Below, in pieces: positions 34,277 through 44,579 of a DNA stretch of 64,000 nt. The stretch is from Candidatus Woesearchaeota archaeon (GTDB taxonomy: Archaea > Nanobdellota > Nanobdellia > Pacearchaeales > GW2011-AR1). The stretch is from assembly GCA_964401675.1 (NCBI GenBank), contig CAYNZD010000001.1:12007-76006 (forward strand), read 5' to 3'. Position numbers and translations under genes: made by a program. The notes under the pieces are model-generated. The model had not been told where the DNA came from. It did no database searches and was given only the letters and a program-made list of their open reading frames with translations. How positions within the stretch are numbered: position 1 is the first letter of the stretch; each line of letters starts with the position of its first letter.

Positions 34277-36811
34277 ATGGGTGATGAATATATTGCATGG
34301 CTTTCAAATATTTCTAAAAACGATTTAAATCTTATGGGAGGAAAGGGATCAAACCTAGGAGAAATGTTTAACGCAAAATTTCCAGTTCCCCAAGCATTCG
34401 TAATAACAACTAAGGCATTTTTTTATTTTCTTAAACAAGCAAAAATAGAAGACGAAATAAAATTAATCCTAAACAAAATAGATGTTGATAATACAAATGA
34501 TCTCGCCAAAAAAGCAGAAGAAGTTCGAAATATAATAATCAGCGCAGAAATACCAAAAGATTTAGAGGACGAAATTCTCGAAGCATACGACCATTTTAAT
34601 GTTGACCTTGCGGGGCTCGAAGGTTCGCCCGGAGCATTAGCAATTTTAAAATCTGCACGAGAACCTCTTTTCGTTTCGGTTCGTTCATCCGCGACAGCAG
34701 AAGATCAAGCCGATGCATCTTTCGCAGGACAACAAGATTCTTTTATTAATGTAAAAGGCAACACTGAATTAATCGAAAAAGTAAAACGATGTTTCGCCTC
34801 AATTTTCACTGCACGTTCAATTTTCTACCGAAAGAAAAAAGGATTTAACAAGCTAGTAGGTATTGCGGCAATCGTTCAAAAAATGGTAAATTCTGATAAA
34901 TCGGGGGTAATCTTTTCGCGGAATCCTGTCAAAAATAACGATGAAATTTTGATTGAAGCTGTTTTTGGACAAGGCGAAGGGATTGTATCCGGAAAAATAA
35001 AGCCAGACCAATATATTTTGACAAGGGAGCTAGAAATCACAGACAAAAAAATACCAAACAAAAAAATTGCAATCGTTAGAACCGCAGGAGGAGAAACGAA
35101 AACAATTCAATTGACACCTGAAAAATCAAATAGCCAAGTTTTGAAAACATACGAACAAAAACAATTAGCAGAATATGCAATCAAACTCGAAGAGCACTAC
35201 GATAAACCGCAAGACATAGAATTTTCAATTGAGAATGAAAATATTTACATCTTACAGACTCGACCGATTACAACTCTAAAGGAACCAACGGGTGAAGAAG
35301 AAGCGGACCTAGACGGACAAGTATTAACTGAGGGAATGGCAGCATCGCCTGGAATTGCATCAGGAATTGTAAAAATTATACATTCTATGGATGATTTAGG
35401 AAAAATAAAACAAGGAGATATTTTAGTTACGACGATGACAAACCCTGATATGGTTGTAACAATGCAAAAAGCGACGGCAATCGTGACATCAGAGGGAGGG
35501 GTAACGGCACACGCGGCAATTGTATCCAGAGAAATGGGAATACCTGCAATCGTCGGAGCACAAGATGCACTTGAGGTTTTAAAGGATGGCGATGAGGTTA
35601 CAGTCGACGGATTTCATGGAAAAGTATTTGCGGGGAAAGCCGAAAATAAATCAGTAGAAATATTACCGATTGTTGACACAAAGACAAAAATTAAAGTTAT
35701 GGTCGACCTTCCTCAATTTGCCGAGAGAGCCGCAAAAACACAAGCTGATGGGATAGGATTGATTAGATTAGAGGGATTGATCGCAACTGCAGGCAAGCAT
35801 CCAATCGCATATGAAAAAGAAAAAAAATTAGATGAATATCAAGCAATGCTAAAAGAAGGTTTGGGTAAAATAGCAGAGACTTTCATTGGCAAACCAATTT
35901 GGGTTAGAACTTCAGATATTCGAAGCGATGAATATGCAAATCTTAAAGGAGCACCAGAAGAAATCGAAAAAAATCCAATGCTTGGCGACCATGGAATCAG
36001 ATTCTCATTAAAACATCCAGACATCTTAAAAGCGGAATTATTAGCAATTAAAGAGCTTGCGGACAAAGGACATAAGTTTGGAGCAATGTTTCCACAAATT
36101 ATCTCGGTTGATGAAGTTAAACAGACAAAAAAAATCTTCAACGAATTGAAAATTGAAAACGTCCAATTCGGAGTTATGATAGAAACACCTGCCGCAACAA
36201 TTTTAATTAAAGATATCTGCGAAGAGGGAATTGATTTCATTTCTTTCGGAACAAATGATCTAACACAATATACACTGGCAATCGATAGAGGTAACGAAGA
36301 TGTTCAGAATATTTACGACGAAATGAATTGGGCGATTTTAAAACAAATCTCGCGAGTAATTAGGGAATGTAAAAAGCAAGGCGTGGAAACCTCAATCTGT
36401 GGGCAAGCGGGTTCCAAAAAAGAAATGGTGAAATTCCTAGTAAATTGTGGGATAGACTCGATATCTGTAAATGCCGACGCCGCAAAAGAAATTTCTGAAC
36501 TAGTACAACAATTAGAAAATCCAAATTCTCAACCTCCCGAAATAACAAAACCAGCCATTGAGCCACAAGTAGCAAAGTCAGTCCCAGAGACTCAAAATAA
36601 ACCTATCTCCGAAAATCCATCTCCGAAAATCCAAATTGAACCAATTGATAACAAAGAAGAAATTGAGAAAGAAATTGAAGAAAGAAAACAAGATGACAAT
36701 GAAGCCATGAAAGAATTAGAAAATCCAGAGCCAACCGAAGAAATTTTAACAGGACCAGAAGAAAAAACTGAAGCTACAGAAGAACCAAAAAAAGAAGATA
36801 TTTTTGATTAA
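34277..36811 (+). CDS. ppsA: phosphoenolpyruvate synthase (pyruvate, water dikinase) with a ~110-aa acidic/Pro-rich C-terminal tail
   Basis: MGDEYIAWLSNISKNDLNLMGGKGSNLGEMFNAKFPVPQAFVITTKAF is the PEP-utilising enzyme N-terminus. The mobile His domain reads TSEGGVTAHAAIVSREMGIPAIVG. The C-terminal TIM barrel reads GTNDLTQYTLAIDRGNEDV. The track start at 34043 is an upstream TTG. Confidence 0.9.
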   Translation: MGDEYIAWLSNISKNDLNLMGGKGSNLGEMFNAKFPVPQAFVITTKAFFYFLKQAKIEDEIKLILNKIDVDNTNDLAKKAEEVRNIIISAEIPKDLEDEILEAYDHFNVDLAGLEGSPGALAILKSAREPLFVSVRSSATAEDQADASFAGQQDSFINVKGNTELIEKVKRCFASIFTARSIFYRKKKGFNKLVGIAAIVQKMVNSDKSGVIFSRNPVKNNDEILIEAVFGQGEGIVSGKIKPDQYILTRELEITDKKIPNKKIAIVRTAGGETKTIQLTPEKSNSQVLKTYEQKQLAEYAIKLEEHYDKPQDIEFSIENENIYILQTRPITTLKEPTGEEEADLDGQVLTEGMAASPGIASGIVKIIHSMDDLGKIKQGDILVTTMTNPDMVVTMQKATAIVTSEGGVTAHAAIVSREMGIPAIVGAQDALEVLKDGDEVTVDGFHGKVFAGKAENKSVEILPIVDTKTKIKVMVDLPQFAERAAKTQADGIGLIRLEGLIATAGKHPIAYEKEKKLDEYQAMLKEGLGKIAETFIGKPIWVRTSDIRSDEYANLKGAPEEIEKNPMLGDHGIRFSLKHPDILKAELLAIKELADKGHKFGAMFPQIISVDEVKQTKKIFNELKIENVQFGVMIETPAATILIKDICEEGIDFISFGTNDLTQYTLAIDRGNEDVQNIYDEMNWAILKQISRVIRECKKQGVETSICGQAGSKKEMVKFLVNCGIDSISVNADAAKEISELVQQLENPNSQPPEITKPAIEPQVAKSVPETQNKPISENPSPKIQIEPIDNKEEIEKEIEERKQDDNEAMKELENPEPTEEILTGPEEKTEATEEPKKEDIFD

Positions 36812-36886
36812 TTATGCTCTTTGCGTTACTCCTTGAAAGATACAACAAGTAGAAAGATTTATAAACTCTAACTGCCTAAAGAAAAC

Positions 36887-37744
36887 ATGGCATTAGAAAA
36901 TATTGTAAACGGATTAAGAACTGGTGGAGAAAATTCCAAAGTTAATTCTAAATATAATTCTGGAACACTTGTTTCTACAGACAAATATCTTATTGATTTG
37001 GAGGGAATAAATATAAGAACAGACGAGGGAGTTTATAATTATGGGAAATTGATGGGGAAGCCAACAGGCAAAGTTTTCCGTGAAGAAATGGCTTCTGAAT
37101 TAGAGCGAACAAAAGAATATGTAGTCGAAATATTTGGAAGCTATGTTTCAAAACATCTTAAATCAGCAATAAATGAATTAAGCGAAAAAGGAAAAACAGA
37201 GATGGGATATAAATTCTGTTCAGGAATTGAATCGGGAGATAAAAAATATGACAGTGTAAGAAGTATAGTTTCCGATGCAAAAAAAACAATTGAAGAAATT
37301 CAACGATATCCGGAAGCTTATGTAAAGCAAGAAAAAGAAAAGGCTTCACATTTTATGGAAGGAATTATTGCAAAACATACTAATGAAACACTTCAAATAG
37401 ATATGCTATGTGCACAAAAAAGAGCTATGAGAGCAATTGGAGAATATGGTTCTACAAAATTCGCAATTGATACACACGATCACTTGAAAACATTAGAAAC
37501 TGAATATACCGCAGAAACTAAAAGACTCGATAGAGTAGAAAAAGAAATGACAGAAGCTAAACCATATCTCTATGCAGACGAGTCCGCAAAATATTTCGCA
37601 AAAATAGAAAAAGAAAGAACGGAACTCAAAAAAAGAGCAGAGCAGTTTAAGACACTTCCAGAATTAACAGGAACAATTGTTCAAGAAGCTATTGAGACAA
37701 TTATGAAAAAGAAAGAAGAAAAATCCGAGAAGGCTTCTAATTAA
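36887..37744 (+). CDS. hypothetical protein (285 aa)
   Basis: Clean ORF that is Lys/Glu-rich with no recognised motif. Confidence 0.4.
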   Translation: MALENIVNGLRTGGENSKVNSKYNSGTLVSTDKYLIDLEGINIRTDEGVYNYGKLMGKPTGKVFREEMASELERTKEYVVEIFGSYVSKHLKSAINELSEKGKTEMGYKFCSGIESGDKKYDSVRSIVSDAKKTIEEIQRYPEAYVKQEKEKASHFMEGIIAKHTNETLQIDMLCAQKRAMRAIGEYGSTKFAIDTHDHLKTLETEYTAETKRLDRVEKEMTEAKPYLYADESAKYFAKIEKERTELKKRAEQFKTLPELTGTIVQEAIETIMKKKEEKSEKASN

Positions 37745-38018
37745 TTTTTATTTTATTGAAATTGTATATATCATTGCTTTTGTTCTAATAGTGCTAATCT
37801 GTTTAATATTTTTTGATTTTTGAGTTCTTTATTCTCTGCCCTTAACTCAAATATATTTACCTAATTTTTTCTGCCAATTGTAATATCTTACATTTAATTT
37901 CTATTCCTTATCAACCTATCTTGAATAAAAAACATCCGTTTTGCAATATTCGCGGCATTACCGGCGCCACTTTCCTCAAGCGCTCTGAATATCTCTCTCG
38001 CTTTTTCTATCTTATCCA

Positions 38019-38210
38019 TCACAAATTCTCCTCATTTAATTCCACTCCTTTCTCCTCCAGAAAAGCCATCACGGCACTATCAACAAAATTCCTCTTCGAC
38101 GGAAACTCTATTTTAATTTTCCTATCAGAAATAAAATTCTCAACCTCCTCATCCAACCACCGACTAACCCTAACCGCCGTGTCATTTCTTTCAACAGAGG
38201 AGATTACCAT
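38019..38210 (-). CDS. small protein with a ribbon-helix-helix-like N-terminus (possible CopG/antitoxin-like)
   Basis: TAVRVSRWLDEEVENFI shows a beta-strand then helix pattern typical of RHH. A second 41-aa ORF (MDKIEKAREIFRALEESGAGNAANIAKR...) follows immediately downstream on the same strand at about 37880-38002, preceded by a gaggag Shine-Dalgarno. Confidence 0.3.
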   Translation of the reverse strand: MVISSVERNDTAVRVSRWLDEEVENFISDRKIKIEFPSKRNFVDSAVMAFLEEKGVELNEENL

Positions 38211-38277
38211 AAATGTACTAATGGTTACCTTGCCTATATAAATGTTCTGATTTTAAAATTTAATTTTAATCTTTGCC

Positions 38278-38823
38278 TTAAATGAAAGAATCCAAAGAAC
38301 CTAGTTTCAAAGAGCCTGCCTTCTTAGCTAATTTTTTTCTAGTCTTAGAATGAATACATCTCCTATCAGATTCATCTTGAAAAATACTAATTTCTAACTT
38401 TTTATATTTATCATGTTTAAAAGGATTCTCTTTAAAAAATAGAATAGCCCTCCCAGGAACAGGATAAAGATTAGAAGAAGGACAAATAACCGCGGGATCA
38501 TCAGAATTACTAATAAATCCAGGAAAGTCTCTCTTAAAAGAATAAGAAACCTTTTCTTCCCGAAGAGGAAAAATCATTAAATTAGAGCCATAAGACCTAC
38601 TATAAAAACGATTCAAATTAGTAAAACATCCGCCAAGCGTAACTAGCCTTTCACTTTCAGAATCGACTCTTAAAATATACTTATATATTTTATCTTTAAT
38701 TTCTTCATTATCATAACTACGTTTCGATTTGACCCAATGATCAAGCACATTACTTCCTATTAACCACAATTGATTCAACTCTTCTAAATATTTAACTCTG
38801 AAAACATTCTCCATAAAAAACAA
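38278..38823 (-). CDS. hypothetical protein (181 aa)
   Basis: ORF only, with no recognised motif. Confidence 0.4.
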   Translation of the reverse strand: MFFMENVFRVKYLEELNQLWLIGSNVLDHWVKSKRSYDNEEIKDKIYKYILRVDSESERLVTLGGCFTNLNRFYSRSYGSNLMIFPLREEKVSYSFKRDFPGFISNSDDPAVICPSSNLYPVPGRAILFFKENPFKHDKYKKLEISIFQDESDRRCIHSKTRKKLAKKAGSLKLGSLDSFI

Positions 38824-38896
38824 AACAAAAAATTAGTTAAAAATAGTTATATTCTATAAACTATATATCAGAGTTAAAAAAAATAAAAATAACTAA

Positions 38897-39172
38897 TTAC
38901 CACGCAACATCTTTCGGCTCACGTATCACATACTGAATCTCGCCCTGCAATTCATAAATCTCAATCGACGATTCAATCTGGTCATCAAAATACCGAACCT
39001 GATATTCCCTATCATTTTCAGGATTAAAAATTTCAACAACCATCTCCTTCATGTCTCCATGGTCTTGAAGTAAAAATTGCTTATCTACTTTCATCTCTTT
39101 GCCATTAATAAAAAAACTGTCTCCTTCTTTCAACCCCCCAATCGGCTTGCTCTTTTTTTTAATTTCTATCAT
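38897..39172 (-). CDS. hypothetical protein (91 aa)
   Basis: ORF only. It is acidic with beta-rich character. Confidence 0.35.
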   Translation of the reverse strand: MIEIKKKSKPIGGLKEGDSFFINGKEMKVDKQFLLQDHGDMKEMVVEIFNPENDREYQVRYFDDQIESSIEIYELQGEIQYVIREPKDVAW

Positions 39173-39204
39173 AATAACAAAGCTATTTCAGAATTTATAA
39201 AGAT

Positions 39205-40647
39205 TTAGTAGCTCTTCCCCGCATAAGCAACAACACTCGCCTTCTTCCCGCAAATAACACATTTTCCTTTTGCCTTTTCAGTTATATCCGCACGAGAACC
39301 TCTAACTTCTGCCATTAAATCCTTTTCAATAAATCCTGCACAATCTTCGCCTTCTTTATCTACTGAACAGAAATTAAACCTTGCAATCTTTCCAGATTTT
39401 AAAACTTTTTTAAGTTCTTCTTTGTTCTTACAATCCACAATTCTATCAGAAAAAAAATCATCTGCACGAGATAATAATCTTTCATCATATTCTGCCCCAA
39501 GATTTTTAATCGACTCAGCCAAATCACTAATCTCCACACTAACTTTTTCCTTAACGTCTCTAATAAAAATACTTGCCTTCCCTGATTTCAACTCTTTTTC
39601 GCCGAGCTCAATTCTAAACGGAACACCCTTCATTTCCCAAAAGAAAAACTTCTCACCAGGACGCTTATCTGAATCATCAATTCTGACATCAATATTTTCA
39701 TTCAATAATTCCGCTTTAATTTTTTTAACAGCTTCGCTAACACCTTCCCCGTCGAAAGGAACTATAACAACTTGAACCGGGGCTAGCACATATGGTAAAA
39801 TCAAGCCGTTATCATCTCCATGCAAAGAAATAATTGAAGCCAACATTCTAGACATGCACGGACCATAACAAGTTAACCAAGGCGTCTTTTCTTTTTCCTT
39901 CTCATCAACAAATTTCAAATCAAATGCCTTAATAAAATGCTGACCAATTAAATGGGTAGAAGGTTGTTGAATTAATTTTCCGTCAGGCATAATACAATCA
40001 CTTCCCACAGTATATTCTGCTCCAGGAAATTTATCCCATTCGGGTCTTTTCATCGGCAAAAATGGCACTCCAAAAATTTTATGCATAACTTCCTCTGTCA
40101 TCACAATATCATCTTGAACCTGCGCCTCAGCATCTTTTTTTGTCGCAAACGCATTATGTGATTCAATCCAATGAAACTCTCTCGAACGAATCAGCGGCCT
40201 TGTAGCCTTCGTCTCATCTCGAAAAACATTTGCTCTTTGATAAAGCTTCATGGGCAAATCGCGATAACTCCGAATCCATAAATTATACATTTCATAAAAC
40301 GCCGTCTCGCTTGTAGGCCTCAATGCTAATTTGTCCTCGCCCTGTTTTTTATCCAACCAAAAAACATCAGGCGCAAATCCTTCAATATGACTTGATTCTT
40401 TTTTAAAATTTTTCTCAGGAATCACCGCAGGAAAAACCACAGCATCGTGCCCCGTGCATCTAAGTGCCGACTCGTAAATCCTATACATCTTATCAATAAT
40501 TCTCGCACCCCACGGACGAATCACAACAAAACCTTTTACCCCATATCTTAAATCTGTAATCTCTGCCTTGTTCAAAATCTCACTATACCATTCACTAAAA
40601 TTCTCCGTCTTCGAAATATTAAAAGTAGTCTTCTTAGCCATAAACAA
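39205..40647 (-). CDS. proS: prolyl-tRNA synthetase, archaeal/eukaryal type
   Basis: Class II aaRS motifs (FRDE, GxGxGxxR-like) are present. The N-terminus WYSEILNKAEITDLRYGVKGFVVIRPWG is characteristic of ProRS. The C-terminal zinc-binding Cys pairs are CAG...CVICGKKA. Confidence 0.85.
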   Translation of the reverse strand: MFMAKKTTFNISKTENFSEWYSEILNKAEITDLRYGVKGFVVIRPWGARIIDKMYRIYESALRCTGHDAVVFPAVIPEKNFKKESSHIEGFAPDVFWLDKKQGEDKLALRPTSETAFYEMYNLWIRSYRDLPMKLYQRANVFRDETKATRPLIRSREFHWIESHNAFATKKDAEAQVQDDIVMTEEVMHKIFGVPFLPMKRPEWDKFPGAEYTVGSDCIMPDGKLIQQPSTHLIGQHFIKAFDLKFVDEKEKEKTPWLTCYGPCMSRMLASIISLHGDDNGLILPYVLAPVQVVIVPFDGEGVSEAVKKIKAELLNENIDVRIDDSDKRPGEKFFFWEMKGVPFRIELGEKELKSGKASIFIRDVKEKVSVEISDLAESIKNLGAEYDERLLSRADDFFSDRIVDCKNKEELKKVLKSGKIARFNFCSVDKEGEDCAGFIEKDLMAEVRGSRADITEKAKGKCVICGKKASVVAYAGKSY

Positions 40648-40721
40648 TTTTATACAAAGGACTATTTAAAATTAATTAATTAGATAATTTTATAAGCCAT
40701 CTTCAATTTACCCAATTACCA

Positions 40722-40793
40722 GAGCTCGTAGTTTAATGGATAGAATATCAGGTTTCGGCCCTGACGATGGGGGTTCGATTCCCTCCGAGCTCG
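40722..40793 (+). tRNA. tRNA-Arg (anticodon TCG)
   Basis: 72-nt cloverleaf. The acceptor stem is GAGCTCG/CGAGCTC with discriminator G. The anticodon stem is TCAGG/CCTGA with loop TTTCGGC (anticodon TCG). The T-arm is GGGGG-TTCGATT-CCCTC. No CCA is encoded. Confidence 0.8.
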
Positions 40794-40801
40794 TAATCAT
40801 T

Positions 40802-41377
40802 TTATTTTTGCCCAACCCACAAAAAATAATTATCCATAAAAACATTTGCTTCAATACTCTTGAAGCCCAAAGCTTCACCATCTTTCACGCAATCTTCTAA
40901 ATTTCGAGCCGAATGTAAAGCCCATGTATAATCTAATCCATATTCTTCAATTTCTGCTTTTTCACAATCAGATATAAACGCATCAAAAAAATTATCTCTT
41001 TTTATGTTTCCAAAATTATAATCTACGATGCAAACTTTCCCATTAGATTTGACAACATTATAAATCTCTCTCAGTATCTCTGAGCCAGACTCATGGAGAA
41101 CAAAACTAGAAACAACACTATCATATCTATTTGAAGTCAATACTTCTTTTGAATTAGAAAAAATAACTCCCTCGTTCCCTTTCCTGTCAAAAATAGATTT
41201 AAATTCTTTAACATATGGATCATAACCAACCACAGAAGAGACAGGAAAAATTCTATTTACATAACAGGAAAAATTGCCTTTCCCACATCCAAAATCCAAA
41301 AAATCTCCATAAATATGATGTTTAACTCGTCCAATAGCTTCACGCAAAAATTTAGTTCTAAACCCATTATTTGTCAT
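40802..41377 (-). CDS. class I SAM-dependent methyltransferase
   Basis: Motif I FLDFGCGKGNFS, followed by acidic motif II. Confidence 0.65.
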   Translation of the reverse strand: MTNNGFRTKFLREAIGRVKHHIYGDFLDFGCGKGNFSCYVNRIFPVSSVVGYDPYVKEFKSIFDRKGNEGVIFSNSKEVLTSNRYDSVVSSFVLHESGSEILREIYNVVKSNGKVCIVDYNFGNIKRDNFFDAFISDCEKAEIEEYGLDYTWALHSARNLEDCVKDGEALGFKSIEANVFMDNYFLWVGQK

Positions 41378-41488
41378 AAAATTTAATTTTTAAATAATAT
41401 ATAAATCTTTCTAAATGTAACTCCTAAATAATAATAACCATATTTTTTTCCAAAACAATTAAAAATCTATTTGTCTTAAATATCATAG

Positions 41489-42616
41489 GTGATAAAATCT
41501 ATGAATAAAAAATTTTGGGCAACAGCTTTCACGCTTACTGGATCCATTGTAGGAGCAGGCCTTCTCGGCTTACCATATGTTTTCGCAAAGTCAGGTTTTC
41601 TTGCGGGCCTATTCTGGCTAATAATCCTTGGCGCACTAATGACTTTCATAAATTTAACACTCGGAGAGGTCGCATTGAGAACAAAAGGAAAGCACCAACT
41701 TCCGGGCTACGCTGAAAAATATTTGGGCAAGTGGGGGAAACGGGCAATGCTCTTCGCAATGCTCTTTGGCGTTTATTCTGCTCTTTTAGCTTACCTAGTT
41801 GGCGAAGGCAAATCCTTATCCCAAATTTTGCCCGGCAACATCCCACCAATTGTTCTCGGAATAATGTTTTGGCTTATCATGACTTTACTATTAAGAGAGG
41901 GATTAAAAGGATTGAAAAAAATTGAAACATGGGGTGTCCTTGCTGTTATCACAATCGTTTTTGGCATTTTTATTAAATTTGTTCCTTTGGTAAAACCTGA
42001 AAATTTAATTACATGGAATTCTGCAAATTTCCTGACCCCGATTGGAGTAATTATGTTTGCCTTACTTGGATTCACATCAATTCCAGAACTCCGCAAAGAA
42101 ATCAAAGGTCAAGAAAAACTCCTTAAGCAAGCAATTATTATCGGCAGTCTGGTTCCAATTTTTCTCTATATTCTTTTTAGTACAATCTTTGTCGGCATCC
42201 TAGGCACAAACATCACCCAAATCGCGACTTTGTCATTCGGTCCCATTATAACCCTACTTGGAATTTTTACTATGCTAACATCCTACTTTGTCCTCTCATT
42301 TTCCGTTCAGTCCATTTTCAAATATGATGTTAAAATATCCAAAAAAGCAAATTTCTTTTTTACATCACTAATTCCACTTGTCCTTTATGCTTTAGTAACA
42401 CAATATAATCTTATTGGATTTGCCTTAATTCTCGGAATTGGCGGAGTAATCTCGGGCGGATTAACCGGGATATTAATTCTCTTAATGGCAAAAAAAGCAA
42501 AATCAAACACGCGAAACAAAAAAAATCCAGAAATTGAAATCCCATTAAACTGGACATTAATAATTATTTTATCACTAATTTTTATTGCAGGAATTATCTT
42601 ACAATTTACACATTAA
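41489..42616 (+). CDS. amino acid permease/transporter with about 10-11 TM helices
   Basis: FWATAFTLTGSIVGAGLLGLPYVFAKSGF is a motif of amino-acid/auxin permease-type transporters. The gene is noticeably GC-richer than its neighbours, so many overlapping spurious ORFs appear in the track. Confidence 0.65.
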   Translation: MIKSMNKKFWATAFTLTGSIVGAGLLGLPYVFAKSGFLAGLFWLIILGALMTFINLTLGEVALRTKGKHQLPGYAEKYLGKWGKRAMLFAMLFGVYSALLAYLVGEGKSLSQILPGNIPPIVLGIMFWLIMTLLLREGLKGLKKIETWGVLAVITIVFGIFIKFVPLVKPENLITWNSANFLTPIGVIMFALLGFTSIPELRKEIKGQEKLLKQAIIIGSLVPIFLYILFSTIFVGILGTNITQIATLSFGPIITLLGIFTMLTSYFVLSFSVQSIFKYDVKISKKANFFFTSLIPLVLYALVTQYNLIGFALILGIGGVISGGLTGILILLMAKKAKSNTRNKKNPEIEIPLNWTLIIILSLIFIAGIILQFTH

Positions 42617-42706
42617 CTTTAAAAACCCTCTTTCTATAAAATTATGTAATGAGCAGAACCCAAATGAGAATTCTATTAAAATTATTAAATAACACAGGAG
42701 GAAAAT

Positions 42707-43153
42707 ATGAAATTATACGTAGGTAATTTGCCTTGGTCAGTTGATGATAAAGCGCTAAAAGAACTTTTCGCATCTTATGATGTAGAAGAAGCAGTCTTAA
42801 TCAAAGATAAATACTCAGGCAGATCTAAAGGATTCGGATTTGTAACTATCGCAGATGATAATGCAGCTCAAAAAGCAATCTCTGAAATGCACGAAAAAGA
42901 TATTGAAGGCCGAGCACTAACAGTTAGCGAAGCTAAGCCAATGGTTCCAAGAGACAACGCACCAAGATATGACAATTCAAATCGGTCAGAAGAACCAGCA
43001 GAAGCTCCAATGGCAGACTCATCCGCTATCAATCAAAGCACTGAAGATGAAATTGAGAGCGAAGCTCCAGAAATTGTCGATAACAATTCTGACGCCGAAA
43101 AAGGTGAAGAAGACATCGAAACAGTTGAAGAAGCTAAAGAAGACGCTGAATAA
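42707..43153 (+). CDS. RRM-domain RNA-binding protein with an acidic C-terminal tail
   Basis: RNP2 KLYVGNL and RNP1 KGFGFVTI are present in a glycine-poor RRM fold. A strong Shine-Dalgarno aggagg sits 7 nt upstream. Confidence 0.8.
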   Translation: MKLYVGNLPWSVDDKALKELFASYDVEEAVLIKDKYSGRSKGFGFVTIADDNAAQKAISEMHEKDIEGRALTVSEAKPMVPRDNAPRYDNSNRSEEPAEAPMADSSAINQSTEDEIESEAPEIVDNNSDAEKGEEDIETVEEAKEDAE

Positions 43154-43224
43154 TTAGGTCAAATAATTTTTATTTTTTTATTTTAAATTTTTGAAAGAGA
43201 AAGCTTTTTATACCAAACTTCATT

Positions 43225-43506
43225 ATGCTTATTATGAGTGAAAGAGTTGATGCACTAATGAGAATTGTAGTTGCAATTGTTACAGGAATTATTTTAGCTG
43301 CTTGGAAAGCATTAATAGATTTATTTTTTATAATTAATTTTATTTGGATATTAATTTCCAAGAAAAAAATTAAAGATCTGGCAACAATGTCTGAAGTATG
43401 GAACACTCAAAATTATATATTTAGACGATATATTATTTTCTTAACAGACGAAAAGCCATTTCCTTTTAGTCCTTTAACTAAAAATATTAGCAAGTTTAAA
43501 AAATAA
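43225..43506 (+). CDS. small membrane protein
   Basis: 93 aa with two hydrophobic helices. Confidence 0.3.
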   Translation: MLIMSERVDALMRIVVAIVTGIILAAWKALIDLFFIINFIWILISKKKIKDLATMSEVWNTQNYIFRRYIIFLTDEKPFPFSPLTKNISKFKK

Positions 43507-43508
43507 AA

Positions 43509-43742
43509 ATGGCACGAAAGAAAACTCCAGATATTGATATCAAAGTTAGAAACATCGACAAACTAGTCAAAGCAGATAAAATGAAATACCATCACAGCGG
43601 ACACTTCTGGATGTTCGGCTCAGCCCTTGCGATGATTCTATCCTATGAACGCTCCGCATCAATTCTCTGGGCAATCCTGCACGGAGTTTTCAGCTGGTTC
43701 TACATCCTATTTAGAGCAATGCAAATTTGGGGATGGATTTAA
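43509..43742 (+). CDS. small membrane protein
   Basis: 77 aa with a basic N-terminus and two TM helices. It lies adjacent to the previous ORF. Confidence 0.3.
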   Translation: MARKKTPDIDIKVRNIDKLVKADKMKYHHSGHFWMFGSALAMILSYERSASILWAILHGVFSWFYILFRAMQIWGWI

Positions 43743-43760
43743 TTAATCCTTTTCCAAAAA

Positions 43761-43967
43761 TCAAAACATCTTCTTCATCACTGGAATAGCAATGACAACA
43801 GTCAGAATCAAATACCAGTACCAATCAAATTGCATCACGAAATCGTGAAATGCTGGCCAAACCGTGATAAGAAACAAAGTCGCGAAAAAAGTCGCAGCTT
43901 TAGCAAGTGATATATCGTACCACTTCATTTTTTTCATCAATCCTTTAGCCCATTTTGTATAAAACAT
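43761..43967 (-). CDS. small membrane protein
   Basis: 68 aa with two TM helices. Confidence 0.3.
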   Translation of the reverse strand: MFYTKWAKGLMKKMKWYDISLAKAATFFATLFLITVWPAFHDFVMQFDWYWYLILTVVIAIPVMKKMF

Positions 43968-43979
43968 TTTTACCTCCTT

Positions 43980-44162
43980 TTATTTTTTTAAATAAATCAT
44001 ATATTCAACAATCAAGGTGAATATAGGAAATATGCAACTCAGAACAATCCGAGTATCAAGTCCAACTGTATTCAAAGAAGCAAGAACGAAATATGTAATA
44101 AGTCCCAGGCTGGCCGCCTGAATCAGCCCGAACACTAAAAACAAATTCTTATCCTTTTTCAT
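43980..44162 (-). CDS. small membrane protein
   Basis: 60 aa and hydrophobic. Confidence 0.25.
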   Translation of the reverse strand: MKKDKNLFLVFGLIQAASLGLITYFVLASLNTVGLDTRIVLSCIFPIFTLIVEYMIYLKK

Positions 44163-44182
44163 AAATAACTAATGTATTAAGA

Positions 44183-44425
44183 TTATTTAAACTTCTCCTT
44201 TAAAACAATATCAACAATCGCTATAGCTATTCCAATCCCCATCAAACTATAACTTATCCACTTGTTCCCACTAAAGAAAATTCCCACCAAGATAAATCCA
44301 AGAGCGACCCCTGCCAACGGACTAAGCCTTTCCTCTTTCTTATCTTTCCTCTTAAAAAACACAACCGCCCCAATCACCAACAAAACCGCAACGGCAATTA
44401 TAATATAAATTTGCGACACATCCAT
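44183..44425 (-). CDS. small membrane protein
   Basis: 80 aa with two TM helices. Confidence 0.3.
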   Translation of the reverse strand: MDVSQIYIIIAVAVLLVIGAVVFFKRKDKKEERLSPLAGVALGFILVGIFFSGNKWISYSLMGIGIAIAIVDIVLKEKFK

Positions 44426-44579
44426 AAATTAAATAGAAATTAGAAGTTTAAAGGTGTTTGGGATTAGATATATTATCTACATAAATTAAAAATAGAAAGA
44501 TTTATAAGGGTATATCATTTGATATAACCATGAGAGAGATGATGAAAGGTCGTGCCCTGGGAGATTGTCGGGATGAAGA

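Noticed and set aside
41515-42105. Cluster of five overlapping 60-100-aa ORFs on both strands
   Set aside because: All sit within the amino-acid permease gene, whose higher GC lowers stop-codon frequency. The permease frame has clear TM-helix periodicity, so the others are spurious.
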